Shown: positions 9,726 to 19,814 of the stretch, in pieces
How positions within the stretch are numbered: position 1 is the first letter of the stretch
How the letters are laid out: each line of letters starts with the position of its first letter
Assembly: GCA_963668625.2 (NCBI GenBank)
Contig: CAXXKA010000008.1
Span: forward strand, 384,001 to 448,000
DNA: 64,000 nucleotides
From: an uncultured candidate division Zixibacteria bacterium
Lineage (GTDB): Bacteria; Zixibacteria; MSB-5A5; UBA10806; 4484-95
Direction: 5' to 3'
Position numbers and translations under genes: made by a program
The notes under the pieces: generated by a model
What the model saw: the letters and a program-made list of their open reading frames with translations, nothing else
Databases searched by the model: none
Told to the model about the DNA's origin: nothing

Positions 9726-10844
9726 TTATTTTCGCAGAAGTCTGACAATTACCTCATCGGCCACCAGAAAGCCTTTCTCGGTCAGTACTATGTTGTTGAG
9801 CTTGCGGGCGAGGAATCCCTCGTTTTTCATCTGCTCGTAAGTTTCCTCGTTAATCGCCTCTTTGACTATATTGTAGCCGATACCCTCGGCCAGGCGTAAC
9901 CCCAGCAGTAAACGTTCCTCAGCGCGCTGCAAAGGGTCGAGTTTCTCCCGGAAATTTATCGGCGCTTTGCCTTTTTTAATCGAGGCCAGGTATTTATCCA
10001 TGCTCTTGTAATGCGACATCCGCCGTTCGCCATCATAGGAATGCGCGGCCGGCCCCAGCCCGAGAAAAACATCATCCCGCCAGTACTTGACATTGTGCAT
10101 ACTCTCGTAACCGAATTTCGCGAAATTGGAGATCTCGTAACGATTGAAACCGGCATCAACGAGCACCCGACACATCTCCTGGTACATCTCGGCCTGGGTG
10201 TCGTTATCCGGCAGTGTCAGCTCGCCACTTGCCACCATCGTATCGAAAGGCGTGCCTTTCTCGATAGTCAGGCCGTAGGCCGAAACATGCACGGGATTCT
10301 TGTTGACAGTCTCCCACAGCGTATCGCGCCAGCTATCGATAGTCTGGCCCGGCACCCCGAAAATCAGGTCGACACTCACGCGCTCGAACCCGGCCTTGAA
10401 CGCCGAGTCTATGGCTGCCGAGGCTTTGGCGCTATCATGAATGCGCCCCAGCGTTTTCAGTACGCCGTCATCGAAAGACTGCACGCCGACAGAGACACGG
10501 TTAACACCGGCGGCTTTGACCCGCGCCAACAAATCATCGCTGACAGTTTCGGGATTGGCCTCGATAGTGATCTCGGAGCGGGGAGAGATATTGAATGTCG
10601 TACGAAGGTTTTTGATAACCGCTTTGATAGTTTCCGAACTTACCAGCGTAGGCGTACCGCCGCCGAAATAAATCGTGTTATAAACTCTGTCTTTCCATTT
10701 GGTTTTAGCGTGGATTTGTATCTCGGTTAAAAGCGCATCGCTAAACTCATTGATTAAATCGTCATCCTTTTCCACCGAGTAGAAATCGCAGTAGGGGCAT
10801 TTGCTCTGGCAGAAAGGGATATGAACGTATATCCCAGCCGGCAT
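9726..10844 (-). CDS. hemW: Radical SAM heme chaperone HemW
   Basis: GIYVHIPFCQSKCPYCDF, YFGGGTPT, EANP, YEISNFA, HNVKYW. Confidence 0.93.
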   Translation of the reverse strand: MPAGIYVHIPFCQSKCPYCDFYSVEKDDDLINEFSDALLTEIQIHAKTKWKDRVYNTIYFGGGTPTLVSSETIKAVIKNLRTTFNISPRSEITIEANPETVSDDLLARVKAAGVNRVSVGVQSFDDGVLKTLGRIHDSAKASAAIDSAFKAGFERVSVDLIFGVPGQTIDSWRDTLWETVNKNPVHVSAYGLTIEKGTPFDTMVASGELTLPDNDTQAEMYQEMCRVLVDAGFNRYEISNFAKFGYESMHNVKYWRDDVFLGLGPAAHSYDGERRMSHYKSMDKYLASIKKGKAPINFREKLDPLQRAEERLLLGLRLAEGIGYNIVKEAINEETYEQMKNEGFLARKLNNIVLTEKGFLVADEVIVRLLRK

Positions 10845-11067
10845 AAAGTTACCTCGTGATCAATATATGATATATGTAAAGATAATTCAACGAAAAAAGC
10901 GCACGGGATGTGGATTCCGGCGGCATTACGAAGCGGCGCTTCGTAACGAGGTGGGAGCATAGTCAATCAAAGCCTGTAATCGCGAGGACCGTAGGGACGA
11001 AGCACCGTAGGGATCACTTATGGGACAATCCGTTGAAATCGATCAGTTTGCTAATTAGCGAAATATC

Positions 11068-11847
11068 TTATTTCAACAGCACCATCTTCTTCGAAAAACT
11101 CTGACTGCTGTTTTCCGAGGTTACATTCAGCCGCGCGAAATAGATTCCCGAGCTTACGGGATCACCCGAGCCGTTCGTGCCATCCCAGGTTAGCTGATGG
11201 TAACCTGCGCTGAGATCATTAACGACGAAGCGGGTTACCACACGGCCGAGAACATCGTAGATATCGAGCTGTATATCGGATGGCGAGGCCAGCGAGTAGT
11301 GTATGATCGTGTTGGAGTTAAATGGATTGGGGTAGATGATATTCAGGCCGGTTTGCAGGGGAAGGTTAGGGTCATCGACTGAGTTTATGGGTTCACCGAT
11401 CACCTCGATAGCCCAACTATCCCACATGAAAAACTCGCCAAATCCCGCCCAGCGCGATACTCTCATAATCCACTGGCCGTGCGCGTTCAACCCGACATAA
11501 TCATCGAGACTGCCCGGACCGTCCTCCTCCTCCTCGGTATCGAACCAGCAGTTGAGATATATCCGCAAGTGGTTGTGGTCATCTAACCTGACAACATCGG
11601 CGGTTGGTGATACTACATCGATTATTAGACTACCGTTCATAGAATTAGTCTCTATTCCTACGTAGAAATTAATATCGTTGATTATAATGTGGCTAGGAAT
11701 ATTTATAGTATCCGCAATTGGCGGTTCACCTTCATCGGGCACATAAACATTCGGGTATGAATGGAATGTAAAGGTCTCATCGGCAAGGGAGAATGAGAAA
11801 CACAACAAGATTATTATAAACGCCAAGGATGCAATTTTATTCGTCAT
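11068..11847 (-). CDS. Secreted protein with proprotein-convertase P-like domain and FlgD/T9SS-type C-terminal domain
   Basis: Signal peptide; 'GSLDDYVGLNAHGQWIMRV....WDSWAIE' P-domain pattern; YPNPFNSNT...SGIYF...KKMVLLK tail. Confidence 0.8.
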   Translation of the reverse strand: MTNKIASLAFIIILLCFSFSLADETFTFHSYPNVYVPDEGEPPIADTINIPSHIIINDINFYVGIETNSMNGSLIIDVVSPTADVVRLDDHNHLRIYLNCWFDTEEEEDGPGSLDDYVGLNAHGQWIMRVSRWAGFGEFFMWDSWAIEVIGEPINSVDDPNLPLQTGLNIIYPNPFNSNTIIHYSLASPSDIQLDIYDVLGRVVTRFVVNDLSAGYHQLTWDGTNGSGDPVSSGIYFARLNVTSENSSQSFSKKMVLLK

Positions 11848-12580
11848 TGTTTTGCTCCTTTGTGTATATGGTTAAATCTAAAACTGTTTTATCTATTTCC
11901 GCTGTAATCGTGTTTCCTCTAGTACTTAAAATACTATAGCCGCAAAGATTAAAGGTATTTTTGCTATGCTTGTATGCATAAAAATATTCTCTTTCACCGG
12001 TAAGTAAGGTATCTTCACTATAATATTGAAATACCTTATCAATATTTAACTTGGGTAAAACAAAATATTGTTGAGCACCATCTAAAAATTCAGTTTCATT
12101 ATTAAAATCGTACTCAACAATAATATGAATAAATTCATTATACCACCCGGAGAATCTGAATCTAACACTATCTATATCTACAACAAAAAAGAATTCTTTT
12201 CGATCATATAAAGCAATAATATAGTTATCTAAATAATTAAATATGTCTTCATTGTAGTATGTTTTATTTAAATAAATTGAGAGAAATTTCTTTAAATATT
12301 CTTTGTCTTCATCTTTAACACCGGCTTGTTCTCCTAATGGTTTGTCATAGTAATATCCGGGATATTTTATATTATCAGTACGGGTTAAGTCATCATAGGG
12401 TGAAGTCGCACTTTTTAGGAGTATTTTTGACATATCCAAGCCAAGTTTTCCATAAATAAAAGGAGATATCATTGAGTAATCATCATCAAATATTTTGGTA
12501 ATGGTATCCGCAAAAACATTAATTGACATATTAAATACAGCTATTAAAAAGATTATCTTAAGGGTGTGTACAATTTGCAT
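11837..12580 (-). CDS. Hypothetical secreted protein (AT-rich)
   Basis: 247-aa ORF with signal-peptide-like N-terminus; overlaps both neighbours. Confidence 0.7.
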   Translation of the reverse strand: MQIVHTLKIIFLIAVFNMSINVFADTITKIFDDDYSMISPFIYGKLGLDMSKILLKSATSPYDDLTRTDNIKYPGYYYDKPLGEQAGVKDEDKEYLKKFLSIYLNKTYYNEDIFNYLDNYIIALYDRKEFFFVVDIDSVRFRFSGWYNEFIHIIVEYDFNNETEFLDGAQQYFVLPKLNIDKVFQYYSEDTLLTGEREYFYAYKHSKNTFNLCGYSILSTRGNTITAEIDKTVLDLTIYTKEQNNDE

Positions 12581-14576
12581 CTCGTTCCTCCTGAATTTGA
12601 AAATAAGGGAATATTAGAAGTGATATAGTATTGTTTTGCCAATCATAATAAGCCGGCTCTATAGGTGGTGGTTCACTGGAATCACAGTTAATATTGAAGT
12701 AATATCGAAATTCTTGCGGATACCAGTTCTCCCAATCATCATTTTTATTCCATATTGGATCATAAATATGACTTACAACATTGGCAGTATCACTTCTATC
12801 TTCATATCTGGTTACCATATGATATCTAAAGTTATATGCCCCATCATCGAGATTTCCACCTACTCCTTCTATAGTCCACAATCTACACCATATGTTTGAT
12901 GAATAAGAACTATTTTGCCAATTTACCACGCGAGCGTATCCACTGCTATCAACTCTTCCAGAAATAATTGATCTTATGTTAGCGCTAATTCCTACACTAT
13001 GTGAACAAGCTGTCATGTATCTTGCAAAATCATAACACATACCTGACTCATTCCTGTATATTCCTAGCGGGTCAGGATATAGCGAGTATAGCCTGGTCGT
13101 ATCATTTGGTACATATTTATACCCCTCAGCATGAATTCCCGCAGAAGTATTTTCCAATATCTCAAATACATCATCCTCATTTGAGGAATATTTTACACAA
13201 ACCTTCTCAAGGCAAGCATCAATATTAATTGGATAGACACTCGAATGGGAATGAATCGGCGTATCATATATTCTATATATATCATGAGGACCGGTATCAA
13301 CTCCCCATCTTCTGGTCTGAGGGCTTACATAAAAAGCCCAGAGTAAAGTTATAGAACTCATACCTATTGTATGAGGTAAATTACCTGTAGTCGTTATATC
13401 ATTAATCTCCGTCTCCGCAAAACGTTCAAAATTCAAATCCATTTCGTCTATCTGGAAGTTAGTATCAGCGGGATCGGGAAATATTTTCAACCTTGCATTG
13501 AAAGTATGATATGGGCTAAATGTAGTTCTAATTTTCGCGTTAAAATTAAGAGGATTGTTTCTTATATAACAAACCGGTTCATTCTTGCCTGTATTTTTCC
13601 ATTGCGGTTGTTTGATAGGCTCGGTCCTACTCGTATCAGGTGGAGTTCCAGTTATCTTTTCCTTACATAAAGACATACTGTTCGTGAAACTTATTTCCTC
13701 AACCCAGAATTTCTGAAGATATATATTCACGCTGCTCGATGGCCCGGTTTGAGCATCCGTAACGCAGCCTGTTTTTCTCGGATAAACCGTTAATATATCC
13801 CGTCGAGGAATATTAAAATGAGAGTTCGGATTATTATACATCGTTCTTAGAGTTCCAGTAGGCAACCAAGTTTCATAAATAGCCCAACCATTTTGTGTAC
13901 TATAGTATCTTCCAGTAGAAACCAACGAATCATCACCACCGTTAGATTTTAATATAATATCAACGATGTTGTCAGGCTCATCAGGGTTTGGTGACCATCT
14001 TGCCCAGACTTTGATTCTAATACTTTCATCAATATCTATTGTACCATATGATGGAATATGCTCATCAAAAGAGCTATATATTTGAGGTTGCATAAAATCA
14101 GGAATTCTTGATTCGTTTGTTTTGGGGAAATCAAACTCGTATTGCTCGTATTCATAATCGCGCCATACAAGCGTTAATCTAAAATGTCCGCTGTATCGTA
14201 CCCTTACCGTATAATAGTTCAAAAAATGTGTCGCTACACCAAGACATGGATATGGGCACCAGCACGGATAACACAATTTAGCACATCCCCTTTTGTAATA
14301 TGTAACATGACCGCCGAAATTAAAAGGCTCATGACAATCATCAAACATTATAAAATACGGCATTTCTCCATCTGTTGAATCACCATCGGCGCAAGTAGTA
14401 AGGATTAAAAAGTGAAAATCAACATAACTTTCCTCAGCGTGCGGTTCAGCCGTTGCCCATAGCTTATCATACCCATTATAATACGGGCATTTACAGCCTT
14501 GACCTAAAACAGAACCATATAAAGCCCCGACCAGCATAAGTACAAATAGAAGTTTTTTATACATGACATTCCCCAC
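12558..14576 (-). CDS. Secreted Cys-rich protein with C-terminal transglutaminase-like domain
   Basis: Signal peptide; CKCP and CAKLCYPCWCPYPC; GMCYDFA..M..CSHSVGI (Cys), NFRYHMV (His), IYDP (Asp) in transglutaminase/papain-fold order. Confidence 0.7.
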   Translation of the reverse strand: MGNVMYKKLLFVLMLVGALYGSVLGQGCKCPYYNGYDKLWATAEPHAEESYVDFHFLILTTCADGDSTDGEMPYFIMFDDCHEPFNFGGHVTYYKRGCAKLCYPCWCPYPCLGVATHFLNYYTVRVRYSGHFRLTLVWRDYEYEQYEFDFPKTNESRIPDFMQPQIYSSFDEHIPSYGTIDIDESIRIKVWARWSPNPDEPDNIVDIILKSNGGDDSLVSTGRYYSTQNGWAIYETWLPTGTLRTMYNNPNSHFNIPRRDILTVYPRKTGCVTDAQTGPSSSVNIYLQKFWVEEISFTNSMSLCKEKITGTPPDTSRTEPIKQPQWKNTGKNEPVCYIRNNPLNFNAKIRTTFSPYHTFNARLKIFPDPADTNFQIDEMDLNFERFAETEINDITTTGNLPHTIGMSSITLLWAFYVSPQTRRWGVDTGPHDIYRIYDTPIHSHSSVYPINIDACLEKVCVKYSSNEDDVFEILENTSAGIHAEGYKYVPNDTTRLYSLYPDPLGIYRNESGMCYDFARYMTACSHSVGISANIRSIISGRVDSSGYARVVNWQNSSYSSNIWCRLWTIEGVGGNLDDGAYNFRYHMVTRYEDRSDTANVVSHIYDPIWNKNDDWENWYPQEFRYYFNINCDSSEPPPIEPAYYDWQNNTISLLIFPYFQIQEERDANCTHP

Positions 14577-14663
14577 AATGTATTGTTTTAACTGTTAATA
14601 ATAAAGCAAAATGTGTCCGTGATGTCAAGTAAAATTTATATTAATTATAAAAAAATAATTAAA

Positions 14664-15338
14664 TCAAATCCCGGCAAATAATCTATCCCAGCCTATGCGG
14701 GAGGGGAAATGGAAGAGATTGTAAAACAGTATACTGATCGCCGGAGTGATATACGGGCTCTCCATCTCGGGAGCGTTGGGATCGGGTTTCCACGACCAGT
14801 AGACGAACAGGCCTTTGCCCTTGATCGTGTCGATATTAACCATTCCGAAGTGACGGCTGTCCTCGCCCTCATCGCGATTATCACAGAGAACGTAAACCGC
14901 GCCGGCGGGAATCTGTACCGGCCCGAAATTGTCGCGATTGGAATACTCCGCCGAGAGCGCACGATGATCGCTGAACTTCACCTTGTCGGAATCTACCATG
15001 AACTCGTTATCGACTATGACCTCTTTATCGATCAACTCTATTGTCTGGCCCTCGCGCGCCACTATTCGCCCCGAGGTCAGCTCATCGATTTTAAACGGAT
15101 GCTCGAACACGATCAAATCACCGACCTTCGGCTCGCCTGTCATATAGGCCAGTTGGGAGGTCAGGAGGAAATCTCCCTGATATAAGGCGTTCTCCATATC
15201 GCGCGACTTATTGTGGTAAGGCATGAACACGAACACCCGCACAACAAGGCCTATCAGGGTGACAATAATAGCGGCCTTGATAAGCTCCATTCGACGGTTA
15301 CCACGTCGATATTTCACGCGCTGCATTTTAGGACTCAT
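14664..15338 (-). CDS. Signal peptidase I homolog, probably catalytically inactive
   Basis: Box B SRDMENAL (normally SGSMxPTL), box C GDLIVF, box D SGRIVA (normally KRVVG), box E CDNRDEGEDSR. Confidence 0.85.
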   Translation of the reverse strand: MSPKMQRVKYRRGNRRMELIKAAIIVTLIGLVVRVFVFMPYHNKSRDMENALYQGDFLLTSQLAYMTGEPKVGDLIVFEHPFKIDELTSGRIVAREGQTIELIDKEVIVDNEFMVDSDKVKFSDHRALSAEYSNRDNFGPVQIPAGAVYVLCDNRDEGEDSRHFGMVNIDTIKGKGLFVYWSWKPDPNAPEMESPYITPAISILFYNLFHFPSRIGWDRLFAGI

Positions 15339-15708
15339 ATTTTCGATATCGGCAGAATACAGTCGATATTTATCTATTTCTATACTCTTAAGATATTAAA
15401 TCGCAAGCGGTAACGAGTAATAGTCGTGAATAGGGTCAAAAAAATAACCGTATCGCCATTAACAGCGACACGGCTATAACGAGTAGTGAGGTGTAGGAAA
15501 TTGCTTTCTTATAATTTAATACCTTATTGTCATAATTATTGTTCCCGATAATGAAAATTATTTTCAGATAAAGTTGGCCGGATCATTCCAATAAACCACA
15601 GGAATAAACGACCGGGAACATTGAATGGAAATATCACCAGATAGCGATTATCTATTCTCATGAAATACCTTGTTTGAGCTATAAAATCAGGCTATATATC
15701 AACTCAAT

Positions 15709-16425
15709 ATGATAAAATTAGCAACTTTCGATATCGATGGCACCTTGATGCGCCGTCACGAAAACGCCAAAACGCTGAAAATCGAGGCATTCGATATGGC
15801 GGTCAGGCAAACTTTCGGTATAGCCGAGTTTAATTACATCGACCATCTGAAAACCTCCATGTACGGCATGACCGATCGTTCAATAATGCGGCTTTTGATG
15901 CTAGAACTGGGTGTCAAGCAAGCGGAATTGGACGATAAATTCGAGATTCTGTTCGAAAATATATTTGCTTACTTCAACAACCATCCCGAACACACAACCG
16001 ATAAGGACTATTACCTTCTGAAAGGCGTGGTACCTCTTCTGGATAAATTCAAGCAGGCAGGTATCGTGATGGGCCTCGCTACCGGTAATTATCAACTTTT
16101 CGCCAGGTGGAAAGTTGACGGTCTCGGTATCGGTGACTATTTTACGTTTGGCGGTTTCGGCAACGAGGCCGAGGACAGGGCCGAAATCGTTGGGATCGCT
16201 TTAAAGCACGGGGGCTTGAACGGCTCGTGTGCAATCCATTTTGGTGATACTCCGGTGGATATCCAAGCAGCTCACAGCAACCGTATATTGGCCGGGGCGA
16301 TTACCCTTGAGGGTGGCGCCACATTCGGCCGGGATGAGTTAAATCGTGCCGGAGCGGATCTGCTGATCGATAGCTGGCAAGATATCGATATGATAATGAG
16401 ATTTATTGAAAATCAAGCCGAATAA
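15709..16425 (+). CDS. HAD-family hydrolase
   Basis: FDIDGTL motif I, LATGN motif II, GDTPVD motif IV. Confidence 0.9.
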   Translation: MIKLATFDIDGTLMRRHENAKTLKIEAFDMAVRQTFGIAEFNYIDHLKTSMYGMTDRSIMRLLMLELGVKQAELDDKFEILFENIFAYFNNHPEHTTDKDYYLLKGVVPLLDKFKQAGIVMGLATGNYQLFARWKVDGLGIGDYFTFGGFGNEAEDRAEIVGIALKHGGLNGSCAIHFGDTPVDIQAAHSNRILAGAITLEGGATFGRDELNRAGADLLIDSWQDIDMIMRFIENQAE

Positions 16426-16518
16426 TCGAATCACTCGATTGTATAAAGATAAACTCTATATTTCGTTTAACAATGTTAACGAAATCCCGTATTCAAAGCT
16501 GGACTCACGGAGGAAATA

Positions 16519-17151
16519 ATGAAAAAGCTCGCAATTATAGTAACTGCAATCGTAATGGCGTTATCGGCCGGCTCCGTGTACTCGCAAGATTCCGATTTCG
16601 GTTTGAAAATAGGTATCAACCTTTCAAGCTTCACCGGGGATGATGCCGCCGATCTCGACCGCAAAACAGGTTTCCTCGGGGGAGCATATTTCGAGAAACG
16701 ACTGGGATCATCGGCGATACTTTGCCTGGAGGCCCTGTACTCGCAAAAAGGTAATATAAGCAGCGGCGAGCACGATAGTGTCAAGGTGGACATTACTCGG
16801 AAAATCGATTATCTCGATATCCCCATTACCTTTAAATTACATCCGGCCGAGATAAAACCGCTTAATATTTTTGTCGTGGGCGGATTGAATCCCTCGTTTA
16901 AATTAACCGGGACTGCAGTTTATGAGGGTAATGATTTTTACGCCAAAGAGAAAATAGAGAGACTTAAAGACTTCGATATCGGCTATGTAGTCGGCTGGGG
17001 TGTGTTTTTTGCCAGCGGCAGTCATCGCACCACCTTCGAGATGAGGTTCGTACAAAGCCTCGACTCGATATACGATAATAACCTTTTCCGTGATTTGAAA
17101 AACTCGACGATCACTTTTATCATTGGCACCAATTTTCAAAAGATAATTTAA
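16519..17151 (+). CDS. PorT-type outer-membrane beta-barrel protein
   Basis: Signal peptide; FGLKIGINLS, EALYSQKG, YLDIPI, DIGYVVG motifs. Confidence 0.82.
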   Translation: MKKLAIIVTAIVMALSAGSVYSQDSDFGLKIGINLSSFTGDDAADLDRKTGFLGGAYFEKRLGSSAILCLEALYSQKGNISSGEHDSVKVDITRKIDYLDIPITFKLHPAEIKPLNIFVVGGLNPSFKLTGTAVYEGNDFYAKEKIERLKDFDIGYVVGWGVFFASGSHRTTFEMRFVQSLDSIYDNNLFRDLKNSTITFIIGTNFQKII

Positions 17152-17202
17152 GGCGCTGTTCTTCCCCTAAAGATTCTAATTTCTCGATAAATTAGTTCGT
17201 TC

Positions 17203-17409
17203 CACTAAATGTCCGGTCTTAGGTGAAAGTGCGCCCCAAGATGGCATTAGTTATACTAATATACAGTAACACCTTGCATCATCAGTATATGTCAGGATGA
17301 AAGCGGAGCGATATCCTGACACGCCAACCATATTATTATATCGAATAACATTTTTATCAACTACTTCCAGAGGAATCAAGCAATTGACTGAAAACACCGG
17401 ACACCGGTG
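17203..17409. mobile_element. IS4-derived MITE copy 2 (diverged, no REP doublet)
   Basis: cactaaatgtccgg...ccggacaccggtg ends; flanks agttcgttc (17194-17202) and agtttgttc (17410-17418), 8/9 identical. Confidence 0.8.
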
Positions 17410-17481
17410 AGTTTGTTCATATATCGATAACCTTCCAACGAAAATCAAATCGCCGCAAAGCAAAATCAAACCAATATCGTG

Positions 17482-19782
17482 TTAATGAACATCCCCCAAA
17501 ACGGCATCATATGTATTGAAAATCACATTCTTGGTTTTATAAGACATGGCCGGGAAAGTCATCTCCAGCTCTGGTTTATCTACCCAGATTTTGTAATGAA
17601 CATATCTACCGCCGTCAAAAACCAGCGTAATAGGGACCAACATCTTGAAATTTTCAGGTACGTTTTTTTGTTTGATAAAACATGTCACCTGCGATTTGCC
17701 GTCATCGGTCTTTGTGATATCATATTTGAATTTGTATTTAGGGTATTGCCTGCCGTACACCCACTGATCGAAAAACCAGCCCATATCACCGTTGCAATGT
17801 ATCTCCAGCACCTGTTTTAATTTCTCGGTGGTAATCGGCTCCGACTTGAAACGCTCGATTAAATCCTGCAAGAAAGCCACGAACCTTTCATCCGACTCGG
17901 ATTTGTAATCGTACAGGATATATCTTATCATATGAAAAATATAAGCGCCTTTGTAATATACCTGTGATACGTAATCATCCGTTTGCGTATTCTTGAGCCT
18001 GTCGCCCAGCACGACAGGACCGGCATCTATGCCGGTGGAACCGATACCGGTGCCTGATTTGATCCAGCCACGGTAATATTCGAGCATATTGTCGAAAGCT
18101 TTCTTGTTTTTCCCCGAGGCCTGGTAAAACCACAAACCGCAATATTCAGCCAATCCCTCGATAATCCAGTTATCATGATAGTCATCACTATCTATCACAT
18201 GTCCCCACCATTGATGAGCCACCTCATGGGCGCGGAAAGCCTCGTTATAACCATCCAGGTCCTCCTCTAAAAACGTATCCATGGAAAGATACACTAAACC
18301 CGGCGAGCCCTGGCCGTGGCTATAGGGGATACTGGTGGCTTTAAGCGTATCGAAAGGGCATGGCCCCAAAAAGCTGGTGAAAAAAGCCAGGCTATTCATG
18401 ATATCCGCACCGGCGTTACCCAGCCTGTCTTTAACCGTGATAACCACTCCGCCACCGCTGGCATCGGCTATCTCCTCGGTTAAATACACCTCTACCATCG
18501 GGTAACCCTCGGCAGTGATCTTTTTCGACCTGAACGAGCCGACATTAAAACTGACATATTGCGAGGGGATATCCAGCAGGTAATGTTCGAGCAGGCGGCC
18601 ATCCTTAACCTCGGAACTGACTTTCTTGCCGCAACTGATCACCTCGTACTTTTCAGGTGTATCGAAAGTCAAATCGAACGTCGCGACATCCCTGAAATAT
18701 GTTTGTGGATACCATCTAGAGGTGGTTTTTACGTAGAATATCGAACTCCATTTATCCAGGCAATCCGATTCGTATTCGAAATCGATGAAATTTTCCTCCC
18801 CTGCTACGGTCGGACTATTGAGATACAAACCGATTCCCGACTCATCGACATCAACATCGATAACCCGGTATCCCTCTTTCTTGAACACCGGCTGGAGCGG
18901 CCTGCCTTTATCATCTTTAATGGAAAGGATAGTGATATCGTAATACCAGTCGAAATACAGAAACCGTTTACCCTTCACCAGCGGCGTGTAATGAATCCTG
19001 CAGGAGCTGACCATCTCGCCATCCGATTCTATTCTCGACCGAATTTCATAATGAGTTATATCTATCGCCTGCGCACCTCGCTCCACCGGGGATAGGCCAT
19101 CAGGAGAATAACCGGCGAACACATCAGCGGTTCTAACTCCTGCGCTTCGTTTGAGATTATATATTCGATACAGATCATCGTGTACTGGGCTCTCCCGAAA
19201 TACGAGATGCCCGGTCTTTCGGGTTGGCAGATCGAAATATAAATACTCGGACGCGTTTTCCGAGGTCAAGCCGTCCAGTAACTCGTTGGGTAGATAAACT
19301 CCCAGGTGATGGTAGCCGTCATCGCAGGCATCCCGGAAATAATCCAGCACCGATTGAGCCGGTTGCGCCACTGTCAGGTTCGACATATCGGGAACTATCC
19401 CCTCGCTATCGGTGAACATGAATAATGCTTTCGAGAATTTATCATCGATTAGCTCTTTCCCGGTAAACCGATCTAACTGATAAGCTTCTATATCATCCGG
19501 CGGAGTATATTTTATCCTGCCGATACCTTTAAAAATCATAGCGCATGGTTTCCCCATACCGAAATCCAGCAGGGTTATCTCTCCGTTTTCGAGAATAATA
19601 TCCACCTGCGGTTTGCTGATAGTATAAGAGCTTATCGAACCGGTTAATACTTCTTGGGGGGCGCCGTTTTCGAAATTCCGTACGAATGATTCGATATCGT
19701 GAACTTGCCCTGAGGAAACCGAAAATCCGAATACCATAAAAATATAAACGTACGCATAAACCTTACCCAAACTATCCCTCAT
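17482..19782 (-). CDS. M1-family aminopeptidase-like protein, intact site (array copy E)
   Basis: RAHEVAHQWWG...WIIEGLAEY (HEXXH-x18-E), YYKGAYIFHM; signal peptide; ATG at 19782. Confidence 0.9.
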   Translation of the reverse strand: MRDSLGKVYAYVYIFMVFGFSVSSGQVHDIESFVRNFENGAPQEVLTGSISSYTISKPQVDIILENGEITLLDFGMGKPCAMIFKGIGRIKYTPPDDIEAYQLDRFTGKELIDDKFSKALFMFTDSEGIVPDMSNLTVAQPAQSVLDYFRDACDDGYHHLGVYLPNELLDGLTSENASEYLYFDLPTRKTGHLVFRESPVHDDLYRIYNLKRSAGVRTADVFAGYSPDGLSPVERGAQAIDITHYEIRSRIESDGEMVSSCRIHYTPLVKGKRFLYFDWYYDITILSIKDDKGRPLQPVFKKEGYRVIDVDVDESGIGLYLNSPTVAGEENFIDFEYESDCLDKWSSIFYVKTTSRWYPQTYFRDVATFDLTFDTPEKYEVISCGKKVSSEVKDGRLLEHYLLDIPSQYVSFNVGSFRSKKITAEGYPMVEVYLTEEIADASGGGVVITVKDRLGNAGADIMNSLAFFTSFLGPCPFDTLKATSIPYSHGQGSPGLVYLSMDTFLEEDLDGYNEAFRAHEVAHQWWGHVIDSDDYHDNWIIEGLAEYCGLWFYQASGKNKKAFDNMLEYYRGWIKSGTGIGSTGIDAGPVVLGDRLKNTQTDDYVSQVYYKGAYIFHMIRYILYDYKSESDERFVAFLQDLIERFKSEPITTEKLKQVLEIHCNGDMGWFFDQWVYGRQYPKYKFKYDITKTDDGKSQVTCFIKQKNVPENFKMLVPITLVFDGGRYVHYKIWVDKPELEMTFPAMSYKTKNVIFNTYDAVLGDVH

Positions 19783-19814
19783 CAACTCACCCTCTTCTAT
19801 TTTATTGCGGTTAA

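Noticed and set aside
10011-10730. Long antisense or alternate-frame ORFs (e.g. 10011-10730, 20448-21095, 44901-45422, 59627-60217)
   Set aside because: Shadows of well-supported genes on the other strand, with no motifs or RBS
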